Under the pieces are notes generated by a model. That model did not search any database. It saw only the letters and a list, made by a program, of their open reading frames with translations, and had not been told where the DNA came from. A stretch of 64,000 nucleotides of DNA from an uncultured cyanobacterium (GTDB taxonomy: Bacteria; Cyanobacteriota; Cyanobacteriia; Cyanobacteriales; CAWCAG01): the NCBI GenBank assembly GCA_963793425.1, contig CAWCAG010000005.1, positions 864,001 to 928,000 on the forward strand. Direction: 5' to 3'. The translations under genes and the position numbers were made by a program. Each line of letters begins with the position of its first letter. The stretch's first letter is position 1. This document shows, piece after piece, positions 32,044 to 41,984 of the stretch.

Positions 32044-32805
32044 ATGTTAGAACAAATTGCTTCTGTTAATCCTTGGTTAATCGGTATAGCCTTAAATACA
32101 TTTTTATTAGCCATAGCTTGGTTATTACCGAAAAAACTACTCACCCCGGCTGGTTATTTCAACGCTTGGTTATTAGGAGTTTTAGTTTGGGGAAGTTTGG
32201 GTTGGCGAGGTTACGGGGTAGTTATGTTCTATTTCTTAGTGGGTTCCGCTGTTACTCGCATTGGTATGGCAGAAAAAGAAGCCCAAGGTATTGCCGAAAA
32301 ACGTTCTGGAATGAGGGGGCCAGAAAACGTTTGGGGTTCGGCTTTGGTTGGGGCTGTCTGTGGAATTGCAACTTTATTTCTTCCTTCCCCTTGGCAAGAA
32401 TTATTTGTTTTAGCTTATGTGGCTAGCTTTTGTACAAAACTTTCTGATACTACCGCTAGCGAAGTGGGCAAAGCCTATGGCAAGCGGACTTTTTTAATTA
32501 CTACCTTACAACCTGTAGCGAGAGGTACAGAAGGGGCAGTTAGCTTAGAAGGTACTATTGCTGGAATTGTTGCTTCTGCTGTGATTGCGGTTGTTGGTTG
32601 GGCTATTGGTTTAATTACTCCTTGGGGTATTATCTTATGTATGATTGCCGCGTTTGTAGCCACTAATGTAGAAAGTTTAATTGGGGCAACTTTACAGGAT
32701 AAATTCTCTTGGTTAACCAATGAAGTAGTTAATATTATCAATACTTTTATTGGTGCGGTTGTAGCTGTTTTGCTAGCTTGGTTGACGTTGGGATTTGGCA
32801 ACTGA
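32044..32805 (+). CDS. DUF92/TIGR00297 membrane protein (VTE6-like)
   Basis: RGPENVWGS, KLSDTTASEVGKAYG and GTEGAVSLEGT motifs. Confidence 0.9.
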   Translation: MLEQIASVNPWLIGIALNTFLLAIAWLLPKKLLTPAGYFNAWLLGVLVWGSLGWRGYGVVMFYFLVGSAVTRIGMAEKEAQGIAEKRSGMRGPENVWGSALVGAVCGIATLFLPSPWQELFVLAYVASFCTKLSDTTASEVGKAYGKRTFLITTLQPVARGTEGAVSLEGTIAGIVASAVIAVVGWAIGLITPWGIILCMIAAFVATNVESLIGATLQDKFSWLTNEVVNIINTFIGAVVAVLLAWLTLGFGN

Positions 32806-32846
32806 TAAGCAATAATTAATTAATCACGACTTCTGCTCACAAAATA

Positions 32847-34004
32847 ATGCCAGAAAAACCGACAACTTATCCCCAAAATCCTTGTTTCTCATCAGGGCCT
32901 TGTGCTAAACGCCCCGGTTGGTCATTAGATGCCTTAAAAGATGCGACAGTTGGGCGTTCCCACCGTTCAGCTTTAGGGAAAAACAAGCTTGCTGAAGCGA
33001 TTAAATTATCTAAAGAAATCTTACAACTTCCCCAGGATTACAAACTTGGTATTGTTCCTGCTTCTGATACTGGGGCATTTGAGATGGCGATGTGGACAAT
33101 GTTGGGGGAAAGAGGGGTTGATGTTGTTGCTTGGGAAAGTTTTGGTAAAGGTTGGGTAACTGATATTGTTAAACAGTTGAACTTAGAAGATGTCAACACC
33201 TTTACAGCAGATTATGGCGAAATTCCTCACCTTTCTGAGGTAAATACAGATAGAGATGTTGTCTTCACCTGGAATGGTACAACTTCCGGGGTTAAAGTTC
33301 CCCATAGCGATTGGATTAAAGATAACCGCCAAGGGCTAACCATTTGCGATGCCACCTCTGCTGTTTTCGCTATGGAAATTCCTTGGCACAAAATTGATGT
33401 ACTCACCTATTCTTGGCAAAAAGTTATGGGGGGAGAAGCGGCACACGGTGTGATTATTTTATCTCCTCGCGCTGTAGCCAGATTAGAAAGTTATACCCCC
33501 AAGTGGCCCTTACCGAAGATTTTCCGCCTCACCAAAGGGGGAAAATTAATTGAAGGCATCTTCCAAGGTTCCACCATCAACACCCCTTCTATGTTATGTG
33601 TTGAAGATGCTTTAGATGGTTTGAAATGGGCTAAATCTTTAGGGAGCTTACCGGCCTTAATTAAGCGTTCCCAACAAAATCTGCAAATATTTGAGGATTG
33701 GGTGGCGAAAACAGATTGGATTGATTTTTTAGTAACAGATCCCTCCCTACGTTCCAACACCTCAATTTGTTTTCGCATCGTTGATGAAGGTTACAAATCC
33801 CTATCCCCCACACAACAAGCAGCTAAAGCCAAAGAATTAGTCTCTCTGTTGGCAAAAGAAGGAGTCGCTTACGATTTGGGTTCCTACCGCGACGCACCTC
33901 CAGGGCTACGTATTTGGGGCGGTGCTACCGTAGAAAATGAAGATATCAAAACCTTAACCCATTGGTTAGATTGGGGCTTTGAGAAGGTAATTGGTAATGG
34001 CTAA
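32847..34004 (+). CDS. serC: Phosphoserine aminotransferase, Methanosarcina/alphaproteobacterial type
   Basis: [37 protein letters not shown] (PLP lysine), [11 protein letters not shown]. Confidence 0.92.
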   Translation: MPEKPTTYPQNPCFSSGPCAKRPGWSLDALKDATVGRSHRSALGKNKLAEAIKLSKEILQLPQDYKLGIVPASDTGAFEMAMWTMLGERGVDVVAWESFGKGWVTDIVKQLNLEDVNTFTADYGEIPHLSEVNTDRDVVFTWNGTTSGVKVPHSDWIKDNRQGLTICDATSAVFAMEIPWHKIDVLTYSWQKVMGGEAAHGVIILSPRAVARLESYTPKWPLPKIFRLTKGGKLIEGIFQGSTINTPSMLCVEDALDGLKWAKSLGSLPALIKRSQQNLQIFEDWVAKTDWIDFLVTDPSLRSNTSICFRIVDEGYKSLSPTQQAAKAKELVSLLAKEGVAYDLGSYRDAPPGLRIWGGATVENEDIKTLTHWLDWGFEKVIGNG

Positions 34005-34094
34005 TGGCTAGTTGCTAATGGCTAGTGGCTAATCGTGACGAGAGTTTGGCAGATTGCGTCTTTGCTTAACTTGTCAGCAATGGTTAATGGCTAA

Positions 34095-34490
34095 TTGGTA
34101 ATTGTTAAACTTGAAATTAACAATTTCAAAACCAGTACAAAACTATGCCGAGATGTTGCCAAAAATAGTCTAGATGAATGGATTTACTTCCTGAAAAATA
34201 GCAACATTAAAGAAGAATTTGCAGCTAAGGGAATGCTAGAAGCAAAGGAAACCTTGCGAGTAAATAACTTATCAGAATCAGATAAAGTAGCATATTCCCG
34301 TTATATGGAGAACAAAAGTTATGAAGCGAGTATGTTGAGTACCCAGGAATTTGAAACTCAATGGGAAATTGAACAGGCTATCCAACAGAGAACAATCACT
34401 ATAGCCCGTTCTTGCAAAGAACAAGGTTTAGATGTAGAAACTATCATGAAAATAACTCAACTTTCTATTGAAGAAATTGAATCTTTGTAA
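34095..34490 (+). pseudogene. C-terminal fragment of an Rpn/PD-(D/E)XK putative transposase
   Basis: LDEWIYFLKN...AKETL...IARSCKEQGLDVETIMKITQLSIEEI; the nuclease N-terminus is absent. Confidence 0.75.
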
Positions 34491-34528
34491 GGAAATCATC
34501 ACCACACCTCCCTAATCTTCTTGCCAAC

Positions 34529-35743
34529 ATGAAAATCCTCCTCATTTGTTCTACCTTCCCCTATCCTCCTACTCGCGGGGGAACTCAGGGTAGAACTTTT
34601 AACTTACTTAAATACTTAACTCCAAATCACCAACTCACCTTAATTACCCAACGTTCTCATGATGTTACCGAAGAAGAAATTGCTGGGTTAAAAGAGTGGG
34701 TAGAAGAATTAATCGTTTTCCCCCGCCCCACAAACACAGGAACAGGCATCTGGGCTAAAGTTTGGCGCTTTGCCCAATTTTTACAACAGGGAACCCCTCC
34801 TAATGTTTTGCACCTTTACTCATCGGAAATTCAGCAGTGGATTGATGAAGCTGTGGCTGCCAAGAAATTTGAAGCGATCACCTGCGAACATAGCGTTAAT
34901 GAAGTCTATGTGCGCCCTCAATGGCGAGAAAATCTCCGTACTGTGGTGAATGTTCATAGTTCCCTTTATCGCACCTGCAAGAACCAACTAGAAACGGAAA
35001 CCTCTGATCATGAATTGCGGGATCGCCTTTTTCTACCCTTATTAAAACGCTATGAACAAAGGGTTTGTCGCAAGTTTTCCCAAGTGGTAGTCACCACCGA
35101 TGAAGATCAACAGCAAATGCGCCTCTTTGCCCCCCAAGCAGAAGTAACCGTTGTTCCCAACGGAGTTGATTTAGATACCTTTCCCTACCGCGCTAAAGAT
35201 CCTGGGGGACATCACTTAGTGTTTGTGGGGGGGTTGGATTATTTTGTCAACATTGATGCGGCTTGCTTCTTCGCCAAAGAAATCCTACCCCTCTTGCAAA
35301 AAAAGTATCCCGACACCACTTTAACTTTAGTTGGTTCCAAACCAGCCCCTGAAGTGCGAGCTTTACAAACAGATAATGCAGCCATCACCGTTACAGGAAG
35401 AGTCCCTTCCGTTGCCGAATACCTGCACCAGGCTACCATCTCCATCGTGCCTTTACGTACCGGTTTTGGTATGAAAATCAAGACCCTAGAATCCATGGCT
35501 TCTGGTGCGCCGATTGTTGGTAGCGATCGCGGTTTAGAAGGATTAGAAGTTGATACTTCCGGTGTACCTTTACGGGCGTTACGTGCCAATACGATAGAGG
35601 AATATCTAGAAGCAATCACCTGCCTTTTTGAAGATCCTCAATTAAGAACAGAATTATCCCATAACGGGCGATCGCTCATTGAACAAGAATATACCTGGTC
35701 AAGGGCTGCTCAAAGTTACGAGAAAATCATTACAGGGCAGTAA
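34529..35743 (+). CDS. Glycosyltransferase family 4
   Basis: PYPPTRGG, VVPNGVD, GMKIKTLESMASG. Confidence 0.93.
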   Translation: MKILLICSTFPYPPTRGGTQGRTFNLLKYLTPNHQLTLITQRSHDVTEEEIAGLKEWVEELIVFPRPTNTGTGIWAKVWRFAQFLQQGTPPNVLHLYSSEIQQWIDEAVAAKKFEAITCEHSVNEVYVRPQWRENLRTVVNVHSSLYRTCKNQLETETSDHELRDRLFLPLLKRYEQRVCRKFSQVVVTTDEDQQQMRLFAPQAEVTVVPNGVDLDTFPYRAKDPGGHHLVFVGGLDYFVNIDAACFFAKEILPLLQKKYPDTTLTLVGSKPAPEVRALQTDNAAITVTGRVPSVAEYLHQATISIVPLRTGFGMKIKTLESMASGAPIVGSDRGLEGLEVDTSGVPLRALRANTIEEYLEAITCLFEDPQLRTELSHNGRSLIEQEYTWSRAAQSYEKIITGQ

Positions 35744-35805
35744 TAGCAGCAAATGAGTTGTGATTTACCAATAAAATTTCAGACTACTCAAGTGTTTGGT
35801 TGAGC

Positions 35806-36516
35806 CTAGCAAACCTTATTAATAGCCCAACTCCAGTTTAAACACAACTCGATCTTCAGATCAGAAAACTCATTGCATATCGGTTGTTTCGCATTTCCAT
35901 TTCTCTCACAGTAGTCATTGCTATTTGAAGTGAAGAAAATGATTTTCTCGGTGAATCCTTGGTTCCTGAGTAATGACGATATTTTAAGACAATGCTCATA
36001 AATAATGCAGTCCTGAATTGCTCCTTTTGTTGATGGGGGTATGTTATTTACGACACGTTCGTTGGCTTTCAAAACTAACTCATCGTGTTGCTTCACATGG
36101 ATACCTAATGACAACAAATCACGACAAGCTTTCTCTAAAACCAATTCAGTTTTTGATGAGAGGGAGTCTGGGATTGATAGTTTCTCTAGACCAGATGAAT
36201 GTAGAGAGATTAATACTTCCATTCGCGAAATGGTATCTTTTATGTGGTGTGACAACTCACTTTTTGTCTTGGCAAAATTATCCTCAAACTCTTTTTGAAT
36301 AAGGGGGAGAATTACAATTTTCAGCTTTTTTTCTTTAGTTAACCGGATTGCATTTTCAGCTGAATCTAAATATGCTCTTGCTGTTGTTGGTTTCTTTTGA
36401 CGAAAAGGGAGCCGAATTAAATCTAGTAATACACAAGTATCTACAAATAGAATTGGCGTTGGCTCATTGATAATTTCATCTACAGCATCACCGATTTCTA
36501 ACTGATTGATGCTCAT
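35806..36516 (-). CDS. PIN domain protein (PIN_12/DUF4935-like)
   Basis: LFVDTCVLLD, conserved E in KEF, QDCIIYE and FFTSNSNDY; the acidic catalytic set appears intact. Confidence 0.85.
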   Translation of the reverse strand: MSINQLEIGDAVDEIINEPTPILFVDTCVLLDLIRLPFRQKKPTTARAYLDSAENAIRLTKEKKLKIVILPLIQKEFEDNFAKTKSELSHHIKDTISRMEVLISLHSSGLEKLSIPDSLSSKTELVLEKACRDLLSLGIHVKQHDELVLKANERVVNNIPPSTKGAIQDCIIYEHCLKISSLLRNQGFTEKIIFFTSNSNDYCERNGNAKQPICNEFSDLKIELCLNWSWAINKVC

Positions 36517-37159
36517 TTTGGTAATTTTTAGAGTAGGTTAGCAATGAAAGTCCTTGCTCATATTCAATAGCTAGCTGAAATGCCATGTCTTCATGCCAAC
36601 CCTCTTCTTCAACCAACCACCTTTTAAGCCGACTAGAATCAATACTTTCGTTATGCCGCAGCGCCGAGACAATAAAAGCAAACCATCTCTCTTGGTCACA
36701 AGGGTGGGAAGTCCCTGTCGATTTATTAGCTGTCCTTGAAAAACTTTTTAACTTTCTATAAGTCTCTTCAGACACCCAATCTTCCATACTCTGGTTATCT
36801 GGGGTTATCTTGGCTTTAACAGAATATTTACTGCATAGTGGCTGAAGAAAGTTATTGTAGAACTCCATCAATATGACATTGTATTGATCTTTCGATAACT
36901 TTCCCCTTTCTCTGGGGACAATATTTGATATATAAACGATTTCCGGGTTTTTTCTGGCAAAAGCAATTAAGGCCGGCTCTAGAACTTCTGTTCTACCACA
37001 TGAGAAATAATAAAATTTGACCTTAGATTCTCTGGCTGACTTTTGTTCAAGAGAGATTTCTCTACGCCAGTTTCCCTGTAGAATTTGCTCTAATTCACTA
37101 AAAAAATCATCTGCTTTTTCTTCTGGCAAAGGTAGATATAACTCTCGAAAAACTTTCAT
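36488..37159 (-). CDS. Hypothetical protein overlapping the PIN gene
   Basis: 223 aa; SNIVP...LS..QYN and ANKSTG.SHPCD.ERW motifs; 29-nt overlap with the downstream gene. Confidence 0.85.
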   Translation of the reverse strand: MKVFRELYLPLPEEKADDFFSELEQILQGNWRREISLEQKSARESKVKFYYFSCGRTEVLEPALIAFARKNPEIVYISNIVPRERGKLSKDQYNVILMEFYNNFLQPLCSKYSVKAKITPDNQSMEDWVSEETYRKLKSFSRTANKSTGTSHPCDQERWFAFIVSALRHNESIDSSRLKRWLVEEEGWHEDMAFQLAIEYEQGLSLLTYSKNYQNEHQSVRNR

Positions 37160-37231
37160 GATACCTAATATTCCTACTCATTATGGTAGTTTTTGTCGCT
37201 CCGGTTTTTTAATCGCATTAATCAAAAAATA

Positions 37232-38110
37232 TCATTTCCCTGGAGAGAAAAAGACAACAGGGAACCAACTACGTCGCAATAACTCATTGGCAAAACTAGG
37301 GGTTGTCCACTCAAATAAATTATTTTTGGTGACTGAACCAATGGCAATGGAAGTGATATCAAAATCTACCGCAACATCAAGAGTTTCTAAAAGAGGATTT
37401 CCTTGACGAACCTCTGTATTCACCTGCAAACCTAACTTTTCTAACTCCCCTTTCACTTCTTCTAATTTCTTCGTCGCTTCTTGTAGCTTATATTCTACTG
37501 GCACTCCGCGACGACCGGCATCATCTACTACCCAACACAACATAATCTTCTCTAAGGAATTTTCCGGGCGATTCTTAGCAATTTCTTTAATACGCTCTAA
37601 GAGGTATTGGGCAGAATCGCTGTTGTTGTAAGGTATCAATAAGTAACGATAAAGATGCTCACAACGTAAAGCTAATTCTTCACGGGTATAAGTCGAAATA
37701 AGTTGAGGGCGAAGAATGGTTAAGGGTGTTGAGGTTAACTTCCCTAAACCCACCGTTGTACTACCGAAAATCTTTTCTTGCAAAAGACTACGAATGGAGT
37801 TTCCCGTCAGAATAACCTCGCTGTCGTAGGTTTCTAGTATCTTAGGAATGTTGTCTAAGGGACGACCAGAAAGAACTTCTGTGACAACTTCCACTCCTGC
37901 GGGGACTTCTGCTAATTCTTGGGCAAAACGAGCTTTTGCTGCCTCGATTTTTTCTTTATCAACCCTAGGAACTTCGCAATCTTCTTTGATGGGGACGCAA
38001 TGGAGAAAAACTATTTGTTTGATGCCACCGCTAGCCAGATTGGATACAAATTTCAACAAGCGATACAAACCGTCAGAAAAGTCTGTGCAGATTAAGCAAC
38101 GCTGAAACAT
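37232..38110 (-). CDS. Universal stress protein (tandem USP domains)
   Basis: CLICTDFS, IFGST and a second USP domain (LLIPY...FPVVFF). Confidence 0.9.
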   Translation of the reverse strand: MFQRCLICTDFSDGLYRLLKFVSNLASGGIKQIVFLHCVPIKEDCEVPRVDKEKIEAAKARFAQELAEVPAGVEVVTEVLSGRPLDNIPKILETYDSEVILTGNSIRSLLQEKIFGSTTVGLGKLTSTPLTILRPQLISTYTREELALRCEHLYRYLLIPYNNSDSAQYLLERIKEIAKNRPENSLEKIMLCWVVDDAGRRGVPVEYKLQEATKKLEEVKGELEKLGLQVNTEVRQGNPLLETLDVAVDFDITSIAIGSVTKNNLFEWTTPSFANELLRRSWFPVVFFSPGK

Positions 38111-38251
38111 ATTGAATGACAGAATATTAGGGCATCAGGCAAAAAATATCGAATAGCTCGCATTTAAACACTGCGTAGGATATCTAGTCTATTTCTACCT
38201 TTCCTTTAACAATAACATCCCTTATCTAACTTTTAACTTTTAACTTGAAAA

Positions 38252-38324
38252 GTGAACGCCCCGGCATCCCCAGCTTGTTTCGTCTCTTTCTCGCCGAACC
38301 TAGCAAGAGATGGAGGTCGCCTCC
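38252..38324 (-). ncRNA. Candidate structured RNA in the nblA 3' region
   Basis: GC-rich island with nested complementary segments (see findings). Confidence 0.45.
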
Positions 38325-38357
38325 TTTTTCCTTTTCTGCTGTCTTAGCTATTTAAGG

Positions 38358-38546
38358 CTATGGCGCAGATTCCAGCCCCCAGTCGTGCTTGAGAAAATCT
38401 TTGTACATATTCTCGCGCACCATCATTTGCCCATAAAGTTCGATTAAGAACTTCTGAGCTTGTTCGCGGCTCATCTTTTGTACTTGAGTTTCAAAAGAAC
38501 GCATATTGAACTTTTGTTCTAAAGATAGTCCCGTTTGTTGAGACAT
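38358..38546 (-). CDS. nblA: Phycobilisome degradation protein NblA
   Basis: LSLEQKFNMRSFETQVQKMSREQAQKFL...LKHDWG; start at the ATG at 38546. Confidence 0.96.
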   Translation of the reverse strand: MSQQTGLSLEQKFNMRSFETQVQKMSREQAQKFLIELYGQMMVRENMYKDFLKHDWGLESAP

Positions 38547-39145
38547 AATCAATAACTCCAAACTACAACTTGATCGAGAAACTAATGACGCAAAAGAGAA
38601 ATTCACTTTGCTGTCACTCTTCTATTATGATAAGAAAAATGACAAGTGTTTGACAAATAGGCTACTTTATCAAGTAAGGCTTTTCTTCAAACTACCAGAA
38701 AAGTAAATTATTGCTTCTACTTTCAGTAACACCTGTGTTATTTTAATCAGGGGTTTGGGAAGAAATTTGCTCAATATAAACAAAAATTTTGAGCAAATCT
38801 ACCCATCAAGATCAAATTTACTATTTTCTACAGCTAGAGAAGCTAGCTTCAAAGTCTAGAGCATGGTAATTTTAAGATAGTGTAAACATTTTGCAATAAT
38901 CACGCTCTAGGAATAAAAATCCTATATTTGAAATGCCCACAAAGGCTGTAGAGTATCCAAAGTCTGTTATATAAACTAAAGCCCATCTTGAGCGCACCAA
39001 CCAATATTGCGAATATTGTCAAGTTTAACTGGGGACTAAATAGCTTAAAGGGAAATCTAGTCAAAAAATTTCCCCTTAACTTATGGAAGCCTAATTGTTT
39101 GCCATGCAAGTTTTTTACTAAAATTCAATCTGGAGGTAATTCTCA

Positions 39146-39586
39146 ATGACGATTCGTATCTATGTAGGCAATTTGCCAAAAGACAGCATAGACCGTCAAG
39201 AACTGCAAGATATGTTTGCAGAAGTAGATTCAGTATCTACTAAAGTAATCAAAGACCGTAAAACTGGTAAGTGTCGGGGCTTTGCCTTTGTTACAGTACC
39301 AACGGACGAAATAGCTGATGAATTTATTGCTAAATTCAACGGTAAGTCTTTCAAAGATACCCCTTTGAAAATTGAAAAGGCTTTACCCAAATCCAAAGCT
39401 CAAGAGGATAAAGAAGAGGCTAGTTCTGGTGGCAATAATGCTCCCTCACCCCGTAAAAGTAGTAACAAAAAATCTCGCCGTGGCAATAATTACAGCAACA
39501 CTGGCAAAGACTCATCCCAACCAGATCCTCGCTGGGCTGACGAATTAGCGAAACTGAAAGAGATGCTAGCTGCCCAAGCAAAGTAA
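39146..39586 (+). CDS. RRM RNA-binding protein, Rbp3/RbpG class
   Basis: RNP2 IYVGNL, RNP1 RGFAFV and C-terminal PDPRWA. Confidence 0.92.
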   Translation: MTIRIYVGNLPKDSIDRQELQDMFAEVDSVSTKVIKDRKTGKCRGFAFVTVPTDEIADEFIAKFNGKSFKDTPLKIEKALPKSKAQEDKEEASSGGNNAPSPRKSSNKKSRRGNNYSNTGKDSSQPDPRWADELAKLKEMLAAQAK

Positions 39587-39646
39587 ATCTTAAGCGCTAA
39601 TTGTTATCAGTTTGGAGCAAAGATATCAATAGGAAGCAAAATCAGA

Positions 39647-39691
39647 AGCAGAAAAGATAGTCAAAGGGAAATTATTACTATCTTTTCTGCT
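39647..39691 (+). terminator. Hairpin downstream of the RRM gene
   Basis: AGCAGAAAAGATAGT...ACTATCTTTTCTGCT. Confidence 0.6.
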
Positions 39692-39824
39692 CTATTTATT
39701 TGCTTACCCTGAGCAAAACTTGCTCTAAGCCACAACAGTATCACTTCCAAAACTGATAAATGTAGCCTACGGCAAGGCTTGCGCCAACAATGATAAATTT
39801 TAAACGAAACAAGGAGTTTTAGGG

Positions 39825-40532
39825 ATGAAAGATTTAGATCCTGTTAAGGTCATGAAACAGGAAGTAGGGAAAGCAGCAGCAGCTTTAGTAGAATCAGACT
39901 CAATTGTTGGGTTAGGAACAGGTTCAACTACTGCTTTTGCCATTGAATATTTAGGGGAGCGTCTTAAATCAGGAGAAATTAAAAATATTGTTGGTGTTCC
40001 TACTTCTTTCCAAGCTGAAGTTTTAGCTAAAAAATATGGTATTCCTCTCACAAGTTTAGATGCCATAGACCATATTGATATTGCCATTGATGGGGCAGAT
40101 GAAGTTGACCCTCAAAAGAACTTAATTAAAGGCGGTGGTGCAGCACATACCCGCGAGAAAGTTGTTGATTCTTTAGCGACCAAGTTTGTGGTTGTAGTTG
40201 ATAGTGGTAAGTTGGTGGAAAAACTGGGTTCAAGCTTCTTGCTTCCAGTAGAAGTAATTCCTATGGCTGTTACTCCAGCAATGCGCGCCATTGAGAAGTT
40301 GGGGGGCAAGCCAGAATTACGTATGGGAGTTAAAAAAGCAGGGCCTGTGGTCACAGACCAAGGAAATTTGGTTTTTGATGTTAAGTTCGACTCAATTACT
40401 GACCCAGCAAATTTAGAAAAGACGATTAATAATATTCCTGGTGTGTTAGAAAATGGCTTATTCGTTGGGGTTACCGATGTAGTTTTAGTGGGCGAAATTG
40501 TTGATGACAAACCTGTAGTTAAGGAAATGTGA
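39825..40532 (+). CDS. rpiA: Ribose-5-phosphate isomerase A
   Basis: GLGTGST, DGADEVD and [11 protein letters not shown] motifs. Confidence 0.98.
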   Translation: MKDLDPVKVMKQEVGKAAAALVESDSIVGLGTGSTTAFAIEYLGERLKSGEIKNIVGVPTSFQAEVLAKKYGIPLTSLDAIDHIDIAIDGADEVDPQKNLIKGGGAAHTREKVVDSLATKFVVVVDSGKLVEKLGSSFLLPVEVIPMAVTPAMRAIEKLGGKPELRMGVKKAGPVVTDQGNLVFDVKFDSITDPANLEKTINNIPGVLENGLFVGVTDVVLVGEIVDDKPVVKEM

Positions 40533-40555
40533 TGCCAACTACCACGGATTGCCAA

Positions 40556-40720
40556 TCATAGTGAAACTACTCCAGTAATAAAGAAGCAGGCTTCTGTGAT
40601 TACAGCTTCGCAACTTAGAAATGGTGATGGCTTTAACTCAACAGTACTCGTTAAAATCATTTTAAGCTGATTTTCTCGTTGATTGAGGGGATTTTTACTT
40701 TTCAGGAAGCTTGCGATCGC
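40556..40720 (-). pseudogene. Decayed PIN/VapC toxin fragment
   Basis: Minus frame LNQRE...KPSPFLSCEAVITEACFF resembles the PPLLTCEAVITEACFLL segment of cyanobacterial PIN toxins. Confidence 0.5.
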
Positions 40721-41032
40721 AAATTAGCTTAATTGCACAATTTGTCTTGCTCTGTTCTCCCTTGAGATGATATTATGTATGTGGTGGAAAAGGTGCGCTC
40801 TTAGAAACGCTTTTTCAAAGGTATTTTCTAACTCTCTTCAGTTAAGGAATTTTTTTTATTTATTGGCGCTGGTTTTATGATATTATTTTTTTAAAGAAAA
40901 ATTTTTATAATGGGAATATTTGCGCTTATTTTCAAAACTTACCACTCCCATTGTAATACTCAAAATCAACTTTATCATAAAATTGCGCCTTTAGTTCGTT
41001 TAAATTCTTCTTTACTAAAGCTGATTTTAGTT

Positions 41033-41275
41033 TCACCTAAGTGATGGTGGGCAAACCTGACAAAACTGGTTTAATCGACAACTCGATGGGTTTTTGCCCA
41101 CCCTACAGTTTCTGCTTCTATCGGCTTCTGCTTCAAAAGCATCTGTCCACAACGCAGCAATATCTTGTTCCGTTGCTTCTTTTGGCAACAAAATTAGATG
41201 ATATTTATTAGCAGGTTCCACCTTTGCATAGGGAGTTTGTCTCGGTTTTTGGTAAACATGATTAATCTCCTTCAC
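41033..41275 (-). pseudogene. Internal fragment, possibly of a caspase-like domain protein
   Basis: PRQTPYAKVEPANKYHLILLP...DIAALWTDAFEAE; follows a Pepco-like gene. Confidence 0.4.
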
Positions 41276-41610
41276 TCTCCTTTCGTCCCTGCTTTGCCCC
41301 CTGTACCCAACAACTTAACCTCACCCTCACCGCTAATTTATACCGCCAATTCCACCTCATCCAACTGCATTCCAGAAGAGTCAGGAATTTGCTGCCTTGC
41401 CCGACTGAGTAGCCCTCCCATAACGTTAAGAAACTCAGCCATTTTTGCTTCTACTTTCTTGACGCTAACCTGAACACTGCGGCGATAAGTAACCTGGTTT
41501 TGTTTCGGGGGATGATAAGGGTTGCGAGGAGAATTCCCTCCCTTGTTACCATCATTTTGTTCTTCAGCAATTTCTTCAGTAATGATCCAGATTGTTTCTG
41601 GTTCTGCCAT
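41272..41610 (-). pseudogene. Pepco/Trypco-like protein with an internal nonsense codon
   Basis: MQLDEVELAV*ISGEGEVKLLGTGGKAGTKG: reading continues in frame after the TAA at 41340-41338. Confidence 0.75.
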
Positions 41611-41667
41611 GGTATTTAACTAGGAATATAAATATCTCAATTGTAAAGGAAGGACAAGATTTTAAAA

Positions 41668-41786
41668 GTAGGGTGTCGTTAGCCGTAGGCGTAACGCACC
41701 ATCTTAAACTTTATGTGGTGCGTTACGTGCTGAATTAAGTTTTCTGAGTTAGTACCAAGGTTGGTAACAGCACTAACACACCCTAC
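41668..41786. repeat. REP-doublet-like element (GTAG...CTAC)
   Basis: GTAGGGTGTCGTTAG...CGTAACGCACC...GGTGCGTTACG...CTAACACACCCTAC; 37 bp are identical to 54049-54085. Confidence 0.85.
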
Positions 41787-41912
41787 TGGCGTGACACAGC
41801 TAAAATTACGTGTTAGGGGGGGTGTTTAGTTTAAGGTTAATCTCACAATTTGACTCAAAACCCGCCCCTCCAGTCTTTTTTACTTGGTGTCGGGTATAAG
41901 TACTGATGAAAA

Positions 41913-41957
41913 TTCCCGGTTCTGCCTCTTAATTTTTACTTAAGACAGAACCGGGAA
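41913..41957 (-). terminator. Terminator after ftsH3
   Basis: TTCCCGGTTCTG...CAGAACCGGGAA long stem. Confidence 0.8.
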
Positions 41958-41984
41958 AAAAGACAAATAAACTAAATTAGGAAT

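Noticed and set aside
38547..38900. NtcA box upstream of nblA
   Set aside because: No exact GTA-N8-TAC found; only near matches in AT-rich DNA.
41338..41340. Stop-codon read-through in the Pepco-like gene
   Set aside because: A TAA at a probable Glu (GAA) position in a gene that is also truncated fits a nonsense mutation.
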